NCBI RefSeq assembly: GCF_056712565.1
Contig: NZ_CM160072.1
DNA: 64,000 nucleotides
Direction: 5' to 3' (one strand)
The stretch's first letter is position 1. Each line of letters starts with the position of its first letter. Position numbers and translations under genes: made by a program. The notes under the pieces are model-generated. The model searched no databases, was not told the origin of the DNA, and saw only the letters and a list, made by a program, of their open reading frames with translations. Shown one piece after another: positions 51,060-64,000 of the stretch.

Positions 51060-51959
51060 ATGGCAGAATTTCCCGCCAGCTTACTGATTCTTAATGGCAA
51101 AAGTACTGACAATCTACCCTTGCGCGAAGCAATTATGCTGTTGCGTGAGGAAGGAATGACGATCCATGTGCGGGTCACCTGGGAGAAAGGCGATGCCGCA
51201 CGATATGTAGAGGAGGCACGGAAGTTGGGCGTCGCAACGGTGATTGCCGGTGGTGGCGATGGCACCATTAATGAAGTTTCTACGGCGTTGATTCAGTGTG
51301 AGGGGGATGACATACCCGCGCTGGGAATTTTACCATTAGGAACCGCCAATGATTTTGCCACCAGTGTAGGGATTCCTGAGGCACTGGATAAGGCGCTGAA
51401 ACTGGCAATTGCCGGTAACGCCATTGCGATAGATATGGCGCAGGTCAATAAACAAACCTGTTTTATTAATATGGCGACAGGCGGATTTGGGACGCGTATT
51501 ACCACAGAAACGCCGGAAAAATTAAAAGCCGCGCTGGGTGGCGTCTCTTACATCATTCATGGCTTAATGCGCATGGATACTCTGCAACCGGACCGTTGTG
51601 AGATCCGCGGTGAAAACTTTCACTGGCAAGGTGACGCCCTGGTCATTGGTATTGGTAACGGGCGTCAGGCCGGTGGCGGTCAACAATTGTGCCCGAACGC
51701 ATTAATTAACGATGGCTTGCTGCAACTGCGCATTTTTACCGGCGATGAAATTATTCCGACTCTCGTATCAACCTTAAAATCTGACGAAGATAACCCGAAT
51801 ATTATCGAAGGTGCTTCGTCGTGGTTTGATATACAAGCCCCACACGAAATCACTTTTAATCTTGATGGCGAACCGTTGAGTGGGCAAAACTTCCATATTG
51901 AAATACTTCCGGCGGCGTTGCGTTGTCGATTACCACCAGATTGTCCATTGTTGCGTTAA
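51060..51959 (+). CDS. yegS: Lipid kinase YegS (DAGK-like catalytic domain)
   Basis: 299 aa with GGDGT motif. Confidence 0.88.
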   Translation: MAEFPASLLILNGKSTDNLPLREAIMLLREEGMTIHVRVTWEKGDAARYVEEARKLGVATVIAGGGDGTINEVSTALIQCEGDDIPALGILPLGTANDFATSVGIPEALDKALKLAIAGNAIAIDMAQVNKQTCFINMATGGFGTRITTETPEKLKAALGGVSYIIHGLMRMDTLQPDRCEIRGENFHWQGDALVIGIGNGRQAGGGQQLCPNALINDGLLQLRIFTGDEIIPTLVSTLKSDEDNPNIIEGASSWFDIQAPHEITFNLDGEPLSGQNFHIEILPAALRCRLPPDCPLLR

Positions 51960-52040
51960 TAAAACTATTCTCTGTTGAACCAGAGAGAATCCGTAATGCC
52001 GGATGCGGTGTAAACACCTCATCCGGCATACAGAACAATA

Positions 52041-52820
52041 CTACACCGTAATTAATTTTACCCGTGTCTTCTGCAATGCCAGTTTATCCACCTCAGACAC
52101 AGCATCATCGGTAATAATAATGTCAATTTTTTCGATTGGCAGTACCTGATTAAAACCGCGACGGTTAAATTTCGATGAATCGAGAACGGCAATCACTTTA
52201 TTCGCCGCTGTCACCATCGCACCGCTAACGGAATAACCTTCATTAAAGGTCGTAATACCATTAACCGCATCAATACCATCAGCACCGACAAACATTAAAT
52301 CGGCATTAATATCCTGCAGGGAACGTTCAGCAATAGATCCATGCATAGATCGCGTTTTATGGCGGACCGTGCCACCGCAGACGACCAGAGTAATGTCTTT
52401 ATTTTCGGAAAGGGCAAACGCCGCCGGGAGACTGTTGGTAATCACCGTGATATTTTTGGCGGTCATTAAACCTTCGGCGATAAGCATTGTGGTACTTCCG
52501 CTGTCGAGAATAACGGTCATCCCTTCGTGGATCATTTTGACTGCCGCCTGCGCTATTCTGTTTTTTGGCGCACTGGCGAGCTGAAATCGCTCTTTAAACC
52601 CAACTTCCTGGGTCTCGGTTTCACTATTACCGGACATTATTTTCGCCGCACCGCCATGAAAGCGCGTAACCACGCCTTTTTGTTCGAGAAAGCGCAAATC
52701 GGCACGGATTGTCGCTTCCGAGGCAGCAAATACTCCCGCCAGATCCTGAACAAGCACGGTTCCCTGTTCATTCACTAATTGGATGATCTTATTCCTTCGC
52801 TCGAATGAATTCATCGTCAT
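52041..52820 (-). CDS. gatR: DeoR-family repressor of the galactitol operon GatR (full length)
   Basis: 259 aa, HTH N-terminus plus sugar-binding domain; upstream of gatD. Confidence 0.85.
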   Translation of the reverse strand: MTMNSFERRNKIIQLVNEQGTVLVQDLAGVFAASEATIRADLRFLEQKGVVTRFHGGAAKIMSGNSETETQEVGFKERFQLASAPKNRIAQAAVKMIHEGMTVILDSGSTTMLIAEGLMTAKNITVITNSLPAAFALSENKDITLVVCGGTVRHKTRSMHGSIAERSLQDINADLMFVGADGIDAVNGITTFNEGYSVSGAMVTAANKVIAVLDSSKFNRRGFNQVLPIEKIDIIITDDAVSEVDKLALQKTRVKLITV

Positions 52821-52919
52821 TTACCCATATTCAATTGTGGCTAGTGTAAACGAAGGGGGACCATTGGTGAATGATCTGTTTTGCACAATACCGGGCCAGC
52901 ATCACGCTGGCCCGCGGTT

Positions 52920-53960
52920 TCAGGGAATGAGCAACACTTTGCCCGGCATAGCATTACGAGCGATGTCACGCACCGCCTGGGCGAAGCTTTCAAAGCTTCC
53001 ACGGTGAGCGATTAATGGCTCCAGGCTTAACTTACGTTCTGTCAGCAACCGGCTCGCCGTTTCCCACTCCTGCCCCGGCCAAGGGCTGGAGTAGTTCATC
53101 CAACTGCCGATAACCGTCAGCTCTTTACGTAATATTTTGCCAAACGTTGTCGATGTTAAATGCAGATCCTGATGCAACGTGCCCACCAGCGCCAGCTGGG
53201 CATGAGGCCCGGCAATCTCTACCGCCAGTTCGACAGTTTGCGGGACGCCAGCCGTCTCGAGGATAAGCTGATTAAAGCGCAGCTCGCGTAAAACGCCCTG
53301 CATTTGCGGCGCGCTCATTTCAAGGCTGTTAAATGTTTGCATCGCACCGAAAGATTTTGCCAGTGCCAGTTTTTCTGAGCTAATGTCGATAGCCGTCACA
53401 CTCTTTGCTCCCAGCGCGACAGCGCACTGAATAGCCAGCAGGCCAATGGTTCCGGCACCAATAATAATAACGTTTTTATTCTCACAACCTTGCGCTAAAT
53501 GAAAAGCATGCAGGCCAACGGTAATCGGCTCAATAAAAGCCCCATCCTCAATAGGCATATCCGTGGGTAGAGCAAAGACATTTTTTCGCTTAACGACAAT
53601 ATATTCAGCAAGTCCACCATCACGCCGCGAGCCAATAAAATCATATTTTGCGCACTGGGAATAAAACCCTTTCAAACACTCTGGACAAGTAAAACAGGGT
53701 AATAACGGCACACAGGCAACCACATCGCCAGGGTGTAAATCATCAACACCGGATCCCACCGCATCAATATAGCCGCTAAATTCATGACCTAACGTTATTG
53801 GATAATAATGTGCACCATTTTTAAATATCCTGGGTAAATCGGAACCACATAAGCCCGAGCTGGCAATTTTTACCCGCACCTCATCCTGATGTTTAATTTC
53901 AGGAATGACGCTTTCTGCAACGCGCACGATACCATCAGTATCATTCACCACTGATTTCAT
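52920..53960 (-). CDS. gatD: Galactitol-1-phosphate 5-dehydrogenase GatD
   Basis: 346 aa, zinc-ADH/MDR family. Confidence 0.9.
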   Translation of the reverse strand: MKSVVNDTDGIVRVAESVIPEIKHQDEVRVKIASSGLCGSDLPRIFKNGAHYYPITLGHEFSGYIDAVGSGVDDLHPGDVVACVPLLPCFTCPECLKGFYSQCAKYDFIGSRRDGGLAEYIVVKRKNVFALPTDMPIEDGAFIEPITVGLHAFHLAQGCENKNVIIIGAGTIGLLAIQCAVALGAKSVTAIDISSEKLALAKSFGAMQTFNSLEMSAPQMQGVLRELRFNQLILETAGVPQTVELAVEIAGPHAQLALVGTLHQDLHLTSTTFGKILRKELTVIGSWMNYSSPWPGQEWETASRLLTERKLSLEPLIAHRGSFESFAQAVRDIARNAMPGKVLLIP

Positions 53961-54007
53961 AAAAACTCCTGATTATTAAGGGGGATAACCTCCCCCTCAG
54001 GTAAAAA

Positions 54008-55363
54008 TTATTCTGCGAGAACGGCTTTCTCTTGTTTAATAAAGCCACGCGCTCTACGCCAGGTCATGAAAATACCGGTAAGATAAATGGCACCGATAAT
54101 AATGAAACCGGGAATATTTTGCGGGGAGAAAACCTGAATCAGTAACCAGGTAATGGGAGAACCGCCCTGATCCATTGAAGCCACCATGCCCCCGGCTTTT
54201 AACGCCCCAGCATTAGCCGCCAGTTGGGTGTGCAAACCAATAGTTTGCGTCGCGATCCACAGGGTGATGCTCATAATGATGACACCCGAGATTAAGGTGC
54301 GGAACAGATTTCCACGATGCACGGCAACTGCCATCGCCACAAAGAAGCCGATAGTTGCAAGATCGCCAAACGGCAGCACCTGATTACCCGGAACACAAAC
54401 AGCAATTAAAATGGTGAGAGGGATAAAAATCAGGCTTGCCGATACCACCGCCGTATGCCCCAGCAGCAACGCCGGATCAAGGCCAATCAGGAACTCCTGA
54501 CCGCCGAACTTCGCCTGTAAACGACTACGGGCCTGCTTAGCGATGGGCGTTAAACCATCCATGATGGGTTTAATCACCCGTGGCATCAGCAGCATAACTG
54601 CCGCCGTTTTTACCGCCAGCTGCAATACACCTTTGACATCGTAACCCGCGAGGATGCCGGTAATCAGCCCCATCACAAAGCCCACGGTGACAGGTTCGCC
54701 AAATGGGCCAAATTTGCGCTGAATATCGTCGGCGCTAAATTTAATACGGTTAACGCCTGGGATTTTCTCGATGATAGCATCCACCAGCACCGCAATTGGC
54801 CCCAGATACGCCGACGTACCGTGCGGAATAGCAATGCCTTCCAGCTCAAAGAAATTTCGAGTATCGCGGGCAAACCAGTCGCCGAGCTTATAAACAAACG
54901 CCGCGTGAATTACCACACCCGCCATCCCTATCATCCATGAACCGGTTGCCAGATGCAGCAATGCGCCGGTGAAGGTCATATGCCAGATATTCCAGATATC
55001 AACATTTACCACCCGCGTCATACGGGTCAGTAGCATCGCCACGTTAACCAGAATCGCAATCGGAATCGCCACCAGCGCAATTTGCGACGCCCAGGTCATT
55101 GGTGAAGAGCCCGGCCAACCGACATCGACCACATGCAGATTCAGGTCAAAATTTTCCGCCATCGCTTTCGCCGCCGGGCCAATGGAATCCAGCATTAAGC
55201 CAATCACAAGGCCAATACCAACAAAGCCAATCCCGATATGCAGACCTGCTTTAAAGCAATCGCCTGCCTTCATGCCTAATATTTTAGAAAAAATAATGAT
55301 GACAATCGGCAGCATCACCGTAGGGCCGAGGTCGAGAATATAACGCATGACTTCTGAAAACAT
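54008..55363 (-). CDS. gatC: PTS galactitol EIIC GatC
   Basis: 451 aa, polytopic. Confidence 0.9.
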   Translation of the reverse strand: MFSEVMRYILDLGPTVMLPIVIIIFSKILGMKAGDCFKAGLHIGIGFVGIGLVIGLMLDSIGPAAKAMAENFDLNLHVVDVGWPGSSPMTWASQIALVAIPIAILVNVAMLLTRMTRVVNVDIWNIWHMTFTGALLHLATGSWMIGMAGVVIHAAFVYKLGDWFARDTRNFFELEGIAIPHGTSAYLGPIAVLVDAIIEKIPGVNRIKFSADDIQRKFGPFGEPVTVGFVMGLITGILAGYDVKGVLQLAVKTAAVMLLMPRVIKPIMDGLTPIAKQARSRLQAKFGGQEFLIGLDPALLLGHTAVVSASLIFIPLTILIAVCVPGNQVLPFGDLATIGFFVAMAVAVHRGNLFRTLISGVIIMSITLWIATQTIGLHTQLAANAGALKAGGMVASMDQGGSPITWLLIQVFSPQNIPGFIIIGAIYLTGIFMTWRRARGFIKQEKAVLAE

Positions 55364-55366
55364 AGG

Positions 55367-55651
55367 TCACCCCTGTAAGATAGTCAGAATTTTATTTTGT
55401 AATGCTTCGATACCGACACCAGAAACAAAAGGCATGCCGTGAACTAACGGAATATTGCCAAAACTACGATCCACCCTGGCAGTGGTGCATATCAAATGCA
55501 CGCCATCCATATAGGTTTCTATTTCATTAACCCGACACTGGATTAATTCAACAGGAATATTATGACTCTGACACAACTCTTTAATTTCTTCCGCCGCCAT
55601 CGTAGAGGTCGCAACCGCGCCTCCGCAAGCGACAATAATTTTGCGTTTCAT
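55367..55651 (-). CDS. gatB: PTS galactitol EIIB GatB
   Basis: 94 aa. Confidence 0.9.
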   Translation of the reverse strand: MKRKIIVACGGAVATSTMAAEEIKELCQSHNIPVELIQCRVNEIETYMDGVHLICTTARVDRSFGNIPLVHGMPFVSGVGIEALQNKILTILQG

Positions 55652-55681
55652 AAATAGTCCTTTTTATTGTTACAGAGGGAT

Positions 55682-56134
55682 TTATTCGTCTGAATCTAAA
55701 ACATACTTTGTGAAGTATTCCTTTAACTGGGTTTCAGGAAGAGTGATTAGTGTCTCGACGATATCGGGCTGTTGTAACTTGCCAAATAAACAGCGTAAAA
55801 GTTTCAATTGCTGCTGCGGATTTTCCACAATCAACGCAATAACCAACGATACCGCCACGTCGTTATCATCATCCGCTTGCTGAAAATGAACTTTATTTGT
55901 TGGCCTTAACAGATAAATGGCTGACGACTTAGCATGAATCGCCTCACAATGCGGTATTGCAATGGCGTGCTGCTGAAGCATTATCCCGGTAGGGAATTCT
56001 GCTTCTCTGGTAATTAATGCCTGTGGCCAGGTATCATGAACCACACCTTTCGCGAGCATCTCATTACCGATATGGGTTAAAACTTCGCTACGATCGACAA
56101 AAGAAATTCCGCTACGAACAAACAGGTTAGTCAT
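55682..56134 (-). CDS. gatA: PTS galactitol EIIA GatA
   Basis: 150 aa. Confidence 0.9.
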   Translation of the reverse strand: MTNLFVRSGISFVDRSEVLTHIGNEMLAKGVVHDTWPQALITREAEFPTGIMLQQHAIAIPHCEAIHAKSSAIYLLRPTNKVHFQQADDDNDVAVSLVIALIVENPQQQLKLLRCLFGKLQQPDIVETLITLPETQLKEYFTKYVLDSDE

Positions 56135-56143
56135 ATACCGTCC

Positions 56144-58301
<2,158 letters not shown>

Positions 58302-58405
58302 TCATTTATTTTCGATTTCAAAACATAATGAAATTATTTGTTTTTAAATGTCGCGATAACGATCACAAAAACGACAATATGAAAATCAATCCAGGAATGA
58401 AAGGC

Positions 58406-58434
58406 AAAAAAAACGGCCTCCCGGGGGAAGCCGT
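58406..58434 (-). terminator. Rho-independent terminator downstream of fbaB
   Basis: Minus strand: 9-bp stem ACGGCTTCC/GGAGGCCGT, 4-nt loop, then TTTTTTTT. Confidence 0.6.
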
Positions 58435-58517
58435 AACAAAGTACGCGTGGTTTTATGCCGGATGTGGCGTTAACGCCTTTTCCGGCCTACGGGGTAGTGC
58501 TGTTCGTATGAAGCGCA

Positions 58518-59570
58518 TCAGGCGATAGTAATTTTGCTATCGAGATAAACGTCCTGCACGGCGTTAATCAGTTTCACGCCGTCAGCCATCGATTTCTTGA
58601 ACGCCTTACGTCCAAGAATCAGCCCCATTCCGCCTGCGCGTTTGTTGATAACCGCAGTACGCACTGCATCGCTGAGGTCAGTTTCACCGCCTGCAGCACC
58701 GCCGGAGTTTATCAACCCGGCCCGGCCCATATAGCAGTTAGCTAACTGATAACGCACCAGGTCAATCGGGTTTTCGCTGGTCAACTTGCTGTACACTCGA
58801 TCGTCGGTATAACCGTAATTAATCGCTTTATAGCCGCCGTTATTTTCCGCCATTTTTTGTTTGACGATATCTGCACCTATGGTTGCCGCCAGATGGTTCG
58901 CCTGACCGGTCAGGTCGGCGGAAACATGGTAATCAACGCCATCTTTTTTAAAGGCGGAGTTACGCAAATAGGCCCACAGCACTGTCACCATGCCCAGCTC
59001 GTGCGCACGTTCAAAAGCCGCAGAAATTTCTTCAATCTGGCGACGTGACTCTTCCGAGCCAAAATAGATAGTCGCACCAACGGCCACCGCGCCCATATTG
59101 AACGCCTGCTCCACGCTGGCATACAGCGTTTGATCGTAGGTATTCGGGTAACTTAGCGTCTCGTTGTGATTAAGTTTGACGAGAAATGGGATGCGATGCG
59201 CGTAGCGCCGCGATACCGATGCCAGCACGCCGTAAGTTGACGCCACACAGTTACAGCCCGCTTCGATCGCCAGTTCAACAATGTTTTTCGGGTCAAAGTA
59301 GAGCGGGTTAGCGGCAAATGAAGCTCCGGCAGAGTGCTCAACGCCCTGGTCAACCGGCAGAATAGAAAGATATCCTGTGCCAGCCAGACGCCCGGTGTTG
59401 TACAACGTCTGCATATTACGTAACACCGCTGGCGGGCGATTATTGTCAATCATCACGCGGTCTACGTAGTCATGTCCGGGGAGATAAAGCTGGTCAGAAG
59501 GAATAGTCATACAACGGTGCTGTAAAAGGTTGTCGGCGTCTTTGCCAAGCAACTGCGCAATATCTGTCAT
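58518..59570 (-). CDS. fbaB: Class I fructose-bisphosphate aldolase FbaB
   Basis: 350-aa product starting [18 protein letters not shown]; ORF-track start is upstream. Confidence 0.88.
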
Positions 59571-59827
59571 TACTATGCTCCCGTAAATTCCGATTGGATA
59601 TCGGCTATGGATTGTCCTGGCCCGCCTTTTGCGGGCAATCATAATCCTGGTCGTTACGGGCGAGTTTTTCCATCTTTTGGATGTTTTTTCAGCGTTTTCT
59701 GTTGGCTCGATTCATCAGAAAAAATGTTACCGCGGTCAAGTTTTCACCGCAAAAGGTATTTAAAAGGTATTACTAAGTGGTATTGTCATCGCGTACCTTA
59801 CATTACCTGTCATGAAGGAATTAAAAG

Positions 59828-61105
59828 ATGAAAACAACAGCAAAGCTGTCGTTCATGATGTTTGTTGAATGGTTTATCTGGGGCGCGTGGTTTGTGCCAT
59901 TGTGGTTGTGGTTAAGTAAAAGCGGTTTTAGTGCCGGAGAAATTGGCTGGTCGTATGCCTGTACCGCCATTGCGGCGATCCTGTCGCCGATTCTGGTTGG
60001 CTCCATCACTGACCGCTTTTTCTCGGCGCAGAAAGTGCTGGCGGTATTGATGTTCGCTGGTGCGGTGCTGATGTATTTCGCCGCGCAACAGACCACTTTT
60101 GCCGGGTTCTTCCCGTTACTGCTGGCCTACTCGCTAACCTATATGCCGACCATTGCGCTGACTAACAGTATCGCTTTTGCCAACGTGCCGGATGTGGAGC
60201 GTGATTTCCCGCGCATTCGTGTGATGGGCACTATCGGCTGGATTGCCTCTGGTCTGGCATGTGGTTTCTTGCCGCAAATGCTGGGGTATGCCGATATCTC
60301 ACCGACGAACATCCCGCTGCTGATTACTGCCGGAAGTTCTGCTCTGCTTGGTGTGTTTGCATTTTTCCTGCCCGACACACCGCCAAAAAGCACCGGCAAA
60401 ATGGATATTAAAGTCATGCTCGGCCTGGATGCGCTGATCCTGCTGCGCGATAAGAACTTCCTCGTCTTTTTCTTCTGTTCATTCCTGTTTGCGATGCCAC
60501 TGGCGTTCTATTACATCTTTGCCAACGGTTATCTGACCGAAGTTGGCATGAAAAACGCCACTGGCTGGATGACGCTCGGCCAGTTCTCTGAAATCTTCTT
60601 TATGCTGGCATTGCCGTTTTTCACCAAACGCTTTGGTATCAAAAAGGTATTATTGCTTGGTCTGGTCACCGCCGCGATCCGTTATGGCTTCTTTATTTAC
60701 GGCAGTGCGGATGAATATTTCACTTACGCTCTCTTGTTCCTCGGCATTTTGCTGCACGGCGTAAGTTACGATTTTTACTACGTTACCGCTTACATCTATG
60801 TCGATAAAAAAGCCCCCGTGCATATGCGTACTGCCGCGCAGGGGCTGATCACGCTCTGCTGCCAGGGCTTCGGCAGTTTGCTCGGCTATCGTCTTGGCGG
60901 TGTGATGATGGAAAAGATGTTCGCTTATCAGGAACCGGTAAACGGACTGACTTTCAACTGGGCCGGGATGTGGACTTTCGGCGCGGTGATGATTGCCATT
61001 ATCGCCGTGCTGTTCATGATTTTTTTCCGCGAATCCGACAACGAAATTACGGCTATCAAGGTCGATGATCGCGATATTGCGTTGACACAAGGGGAAGTTA
61101 AATGA
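59828..61105 (+). CDS. yegT: MFS nucleoside transporter YegT
   Basis: 425 aa, 12-TM. Confidence 0.88.
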   Translation: MKTTAKLSFMMFVEWFIWGAWFVPLWLWLSKSGFSAGEIGWSYACTAIAAILSPILVGSITDRFFSAQKVLAVLMFAGAVLMYFAAQQTTFAGFFPLLLAYSLTYMPTIALTNSIAFANVPDVERDFPRIRVMGTIGWIASGLACGFLPQMLGYADISPTNIPLLITAGSSALLGVFAFFLPDTPPKSTGKMDIKVMLGLDALILLRDKNFLVFFFCSFLFAMPLAFYYIFANGYLTEVGMKNATGWMTLGQFSEIFFMLALPFFTKRFGIKKVLLLGLVTAAIRYGFFIYGSADEYFTYALLFLGILLHGVSYDFYYVTAYIYVDKKAPVHMRTAAQGLITLCCQGFGSLLGYRLGGVMMEKMFAYQEPVNGLTFNWAGMWTFGAVMIAIIAVLFMIFFRESDNEITAIKVDDRDIALTQGEVK

Positions 61106-62106
61106 AAACAGAACGTATTCTCGGTGCTCTTTATGGGCAGGCGTTAGGGGATGCGATGGGGATGCCCTCCGAGCTTTGGCCGCGCAGTCGCGTCAAAGCA
61201 CACTTTGGCTGGATTGACCGTTTTCTGCCTGGGCCAAAGGAGAATAACGCAGCCTGTTATTTTAACCGCGCCGAATTCACCGACGATACCTCGATGGCGC
61301 TGTGTCTGGCGGATGCGTTACTGGAACGTGAAGGCAAGATCGATCCGGATCTGATTGGGCGTAATATTCTCGACTGGGCGCTGCGTTTCGACGCCTTTAA
61401 CAAAAACGTACTAGGTCCGACCTCGAAGATTGCGCTTAACGCCATTCGCGACGGTAAACCCGTTGCTGAACTGGAAAATAACGGCGTGACCAACGGCGCA
61501 GCGATGCGCATCTCGCCATTAGGTTGTTTGCTTCCGGCGCGTGATGTTGATTCCTTTATTGATGATGTGGCGCTGGCCTCCAGCCCGACACATAAATCCG
61601 ATCTGGCGGTTGCGGGGGCGGTAGTCATCGCATGGGCGATTTCTCGTGCCATTGACGGAGAAAGCTGGTCAGCAATTGTTAATTCACTGCCTTCAATTGC
61701 GCGACATGCTCAACAAAAACGCATCACTACCTTCAGCGCCTCACTGGCTGCTCGTCTGGAGATTGCGCTGAAAATTGTGCGCAATGCTGACGGCACCGAA
61801 TCCGCCAGCGAACAGCTTTACCAGGTCGTTGGCGCAGGTACCAGCACTATTGAGTCCGTTCCGTGCGCCATTGCGCTGGTTGAACTGGCACAAACCGACC
61901 CGAACCGTTGCGCCGTCCTGTGCGCTAACCTTGGCGGCGACACAGACACCATCGGTGCTATGGCGACGGCAATTTGCGGCGCGTTGCATGGCGTTAACGC
62001 TATCGATCCTGCGTTAAAGGCGGAACTGGATGCAGTAAATCAGCTTGATTTCAACCGCTATGCCACGGCGCTGGCGAAGTATCGCCAACAACGGGAGGCG
62101 ATATGA
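61102..62106 (+). CDS. yegU: ADP-ribosylglycohydrolase-family protein YegU
   Basis: 334 aa; overlaps yegT stop. Confidence 0.88.
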   Translation: MKTERILGALYGQALGDAMGMPSELWPRSRVKAHFGWIDRFLPGPKENNAACYFNRAEFTDDTSMALCLADALLEREGKIDPDLIGRNILDWALRFDAFNKNVLGPTSKIALNAIRDGKPVAELENNGVTNGAAMRISPLGCLLPARDVDSFIDDVALASSPTHKSDLAVAGAVVIAWAISRAIDGESWSAIVNSLPSIARHAQQKRITTFSASLAARLEIALKIVRNADGTESASEQLYQVVGAGTSTIESVPCAIALVELAQTDPNRCAVLCANLGGDTDTIGAMATAICGALHGVNAIDPALKAELDAVNQLDFNRYATALAKYRQQREAI

Positions 62107-63068
62107 GCGGCGCTCGATTACACACGCTGCTGCCTGAATTAGCCACGCATCAGCCGGTGATGGTCGTCGGCGCGGCGGTCATTGATGTGATCGCCGACGC
62201 TTATGCCCTCCCCTGGCGTGGGTGCGATATCGAACTGAAACAGCAGAGCGTTAACGTTGGCGGCTGCGCCCTGAATATTGCCGTGGCATTAAAGCGCCTC
62301 GGCATCGAAGCGGGTAATGCCTTGCCGCTCGGTCAGGGGGTGTGGGCGGAGATTATTCGCAACCGCATGGCAAAAGAGGACTTAATCAGCCTGATCGATA
62401 ACGCCGAAGGTGATAACGGCTGGTGTCTGGCGCTGGTTGAGCCGGATGGCGAACGCACTTTTATGTCATTCAGCGGTGTGGAAAATCAATGGAATCGCCA
62501 GTGGCTGGCGCGATTAACCGTTGCGCCTGGCAGCCTGCTCTATTTTTCCGGTTATCAACTGGCCTCGCCCTGCGGCGAATTGTTAGTGGAATGGCTGGAA
62601 AAGCTACAAGACGTGACGCCGTTTATCGATTTTGGCCCACGTATTGGCGATATCCCGGATGCATTACTGGCGCGGATCATGGCCTGTCGACCTTTAGTGT
62701 CACTCAATCGTCAAGAGGCTGAGATTGCCGCCGAACGTTTTGCTTTATCCGCAGAGATAACAACACTTGGCAAGCAATGGCAGGAGAAATTTGCCGCGCC
62801 GTTGATCGTTCGCCTCGATAAAGAAGGCGCATGGTATTTCAGCAACGACGCTTCTGGCTGCATTCCGGCATTTCCAACGCAAGTTGTAGACACCATTGGG
62901 GCGGGCGACAGTCATGCCGGTGGCGTACTTGCCGGGCTGGCCTCTGGTCTGCCACTGGCGGATGCCGTATTACTGGGCAATGCAGTGGCGTCGTGGGTTG
63001 TCGGGCATCGGGGCGGTGATTGTGCGCCAACGCGCGAGGAACTACTCCTCGCACACAAAAACGTATAG
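62103..63068 (+). CDS. yegV: PfkB-family sugar kinase YegV
   Basis: 321 aa; GAGD motif. Confidence 0.88.
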   Translation: MSGARLHTLLPELATHQPVMVVGAAVIDVIADAYALPWRGCDIELKQQSVNVGGCALNIAVALKRLGIEAGNALPLGQGVWAEIIRNRMAKEDLISLIDNAEGDNGWCLALVEPDGERTFMSFSGVENQWNRQWLARLTVAPGSLLYFSGYQLASPCGELLVEWLEKLQDVTPFIDFGPRIGDIPDALLARIMACRPLVSLNRQEAEIAAERFALSAEITTLGKQWQEKFAAPLIVRLDKEGAWYFSNDASGCIPAFPTQVVDTIGAGDSHAGGVLAGLASGLPLADAVLLGNAVASWVVGHRGGDCAPTREELLLAHKNV

Positions 63069-63788
63069 ATCGCTGCGACAGTGGCTGATGCTGTACTCAA
63101 TAGGCCGTTGCTGTTGGTCAAGCGCCACTTGCTTGATCACCAGCACCGGTATTTTGCTATCTAACTGAATATGTGACTGAAACTCGGCATCCGGCATCCG
63201 GGCGCTAACGCGGGAACGCGTACGTTGTGGGTAAATGTGCTGGCTGCGGAAGTAGTCATAAAGAGAAATCCCGATGGCATCAACATCATGAATTAAATGT
63301 GCCGGAACCCACGATTCCTCAATCGATACCGCCTCTTCATCGACATAGCGAATACGCTTAAGCAAAAAGACATCACTTCCCGCTTCGACCGCCAGCTGCT
63401 GCGCGACTTCTTCGGGACATTTCACGACACGCTTGTTAACCCATAACGTATCGGGCTTTTTCCCGCGCAATACCACCTGCTGAGAAAACCCCCGCGCTTC
63501 TTTCAGCGAGTATTCGAAGATGTTGTTGATCTGCGTGCCGTAACCACGCGAACGCGTCACCACGCCCTCTTCTTCCAGCGACTGCATCGCCTTGCGCACC
63601 GTAATGCGCGAAACGCCGGTTAACTGACTTAAATCACGCTCACCGGGCAAAATATTGCCATGCTCCAGCACCCCGCTGCGCACGGCATTTTTTACCGTTT
63701 CGGCAAACTTAATATAAAGCGGCGTGTTATCCGCCGCTAAAATACGCTCGTTCAGTTGGGCAATCAGCTGGGTATGCGCTTGTTCCAT
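63042..63788 (-). CDS. yegW: GntR-family transcriptional regulator YegW
   Basis: 248 aa; HTH N-terminus plus UTRA-like C-terminus. Confidence 0.88.
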   Translation of the reverse strand: MEQAHTQLIAQLNERILAADNTPLYIKFAETVKNAVRSGVLEHGNILPGERDLSQLTGVSRITVRKAMQSLEEEGVVTRSRGYGTQINNIFEYSLKEARGFSQQVVLRGKKPDTLWVNKRVVKCPEEVAQQLAVEAGSDVFLLKRIRYVDEEAVSIEESWVPAHLIHDVDAIGISLYDYFRSQHIYPQRTRSRVSARMPDAEFQSHIQLDSKIPVLVIKQVALDQQQRPIEYSISHCRSDLYVFVCEE

Positions 63789-63839
63789 TTGTCTTTTTCC
63801 TGCCGGGGAATCTGGTGGGAGTATATCACTGCTTCTTAT

Positions 63840-64000
63840 TTAAGGCGTTTCTTTAATCCCATCAACGAATGCCTGCAACTCCTCCACCGTGCCATTAAAC
63901 ACATTAAAATCCACCGGACCATTAATGCCATCGACCTGTCCACGGTCGGAATGCTGCCAGAAGCGCCAGGCCATGCCGTCATTGTCCGGGCGACGTTGAT
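63840..64000 (-). CDS. yegX: 3' end of yegX-like gene (glycoside hydrolase family 25-like), 5' end outside window
   Basis: Minus-strand frame open to window edge, ending ...DGINGPVDFNVFNGTVEELQAFVDGIKETP-stop. Confidence 0.55.
   Translation of the reverse strand, partial: QRRPDNDGMAWRFWQHSDRGQVDGINGPVDFNVFNGTVEELQAFVDGIKETP

Overview
Enterobacterial (E. coli-type) chromosome segment: mdtB(3' part)-mdtC-mdtD-baeS-baeR-yegP, then yegQ, the sRNA cyaR, a complete P2-like prophage of about 34.6 kb (att cores at 15398 and 49972) integrated at the 3' end of cyaR, followed by yegR-yegS-gatRDCBAZY-fbaB-yegTUVW and the 3' end of yegX. Three accessory regions stand out. (1) An AT-rich four-gene minus-strand operon of about 5.3 kb inserted between yegP and yegQ, with no recognisable function (lipoprotein, large repeat protein with an HExxH motif, single-TM protein, 404-aa protein). 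(2) The prophage cargo slot between FI and G (P2 Z/fun position), carrying a small membrane protein, a FimB/FimE-sized tyrosine recombinase, a 280-aa unknown gene split by an IS2 insertion with a 5-bp target duplication, and a structured non-coding stretch with a repeated CTGACAGTCTG motif. (3) The prophage cargo slot between cos and gene A (P2 tin/old position), carrying a single AT-rich 738-aa P-loop ATPase with a CxxC motif, Walker B/H-loop and a C-terminal R-x3-E...H tail, which I read as an RloC/PrrC-like anticodon-nuclease defence candidate. Gene identities rest on recalled protein sequences and synteny; nothing was searched or computed beyond reading the sequence and the supplied ORF track.
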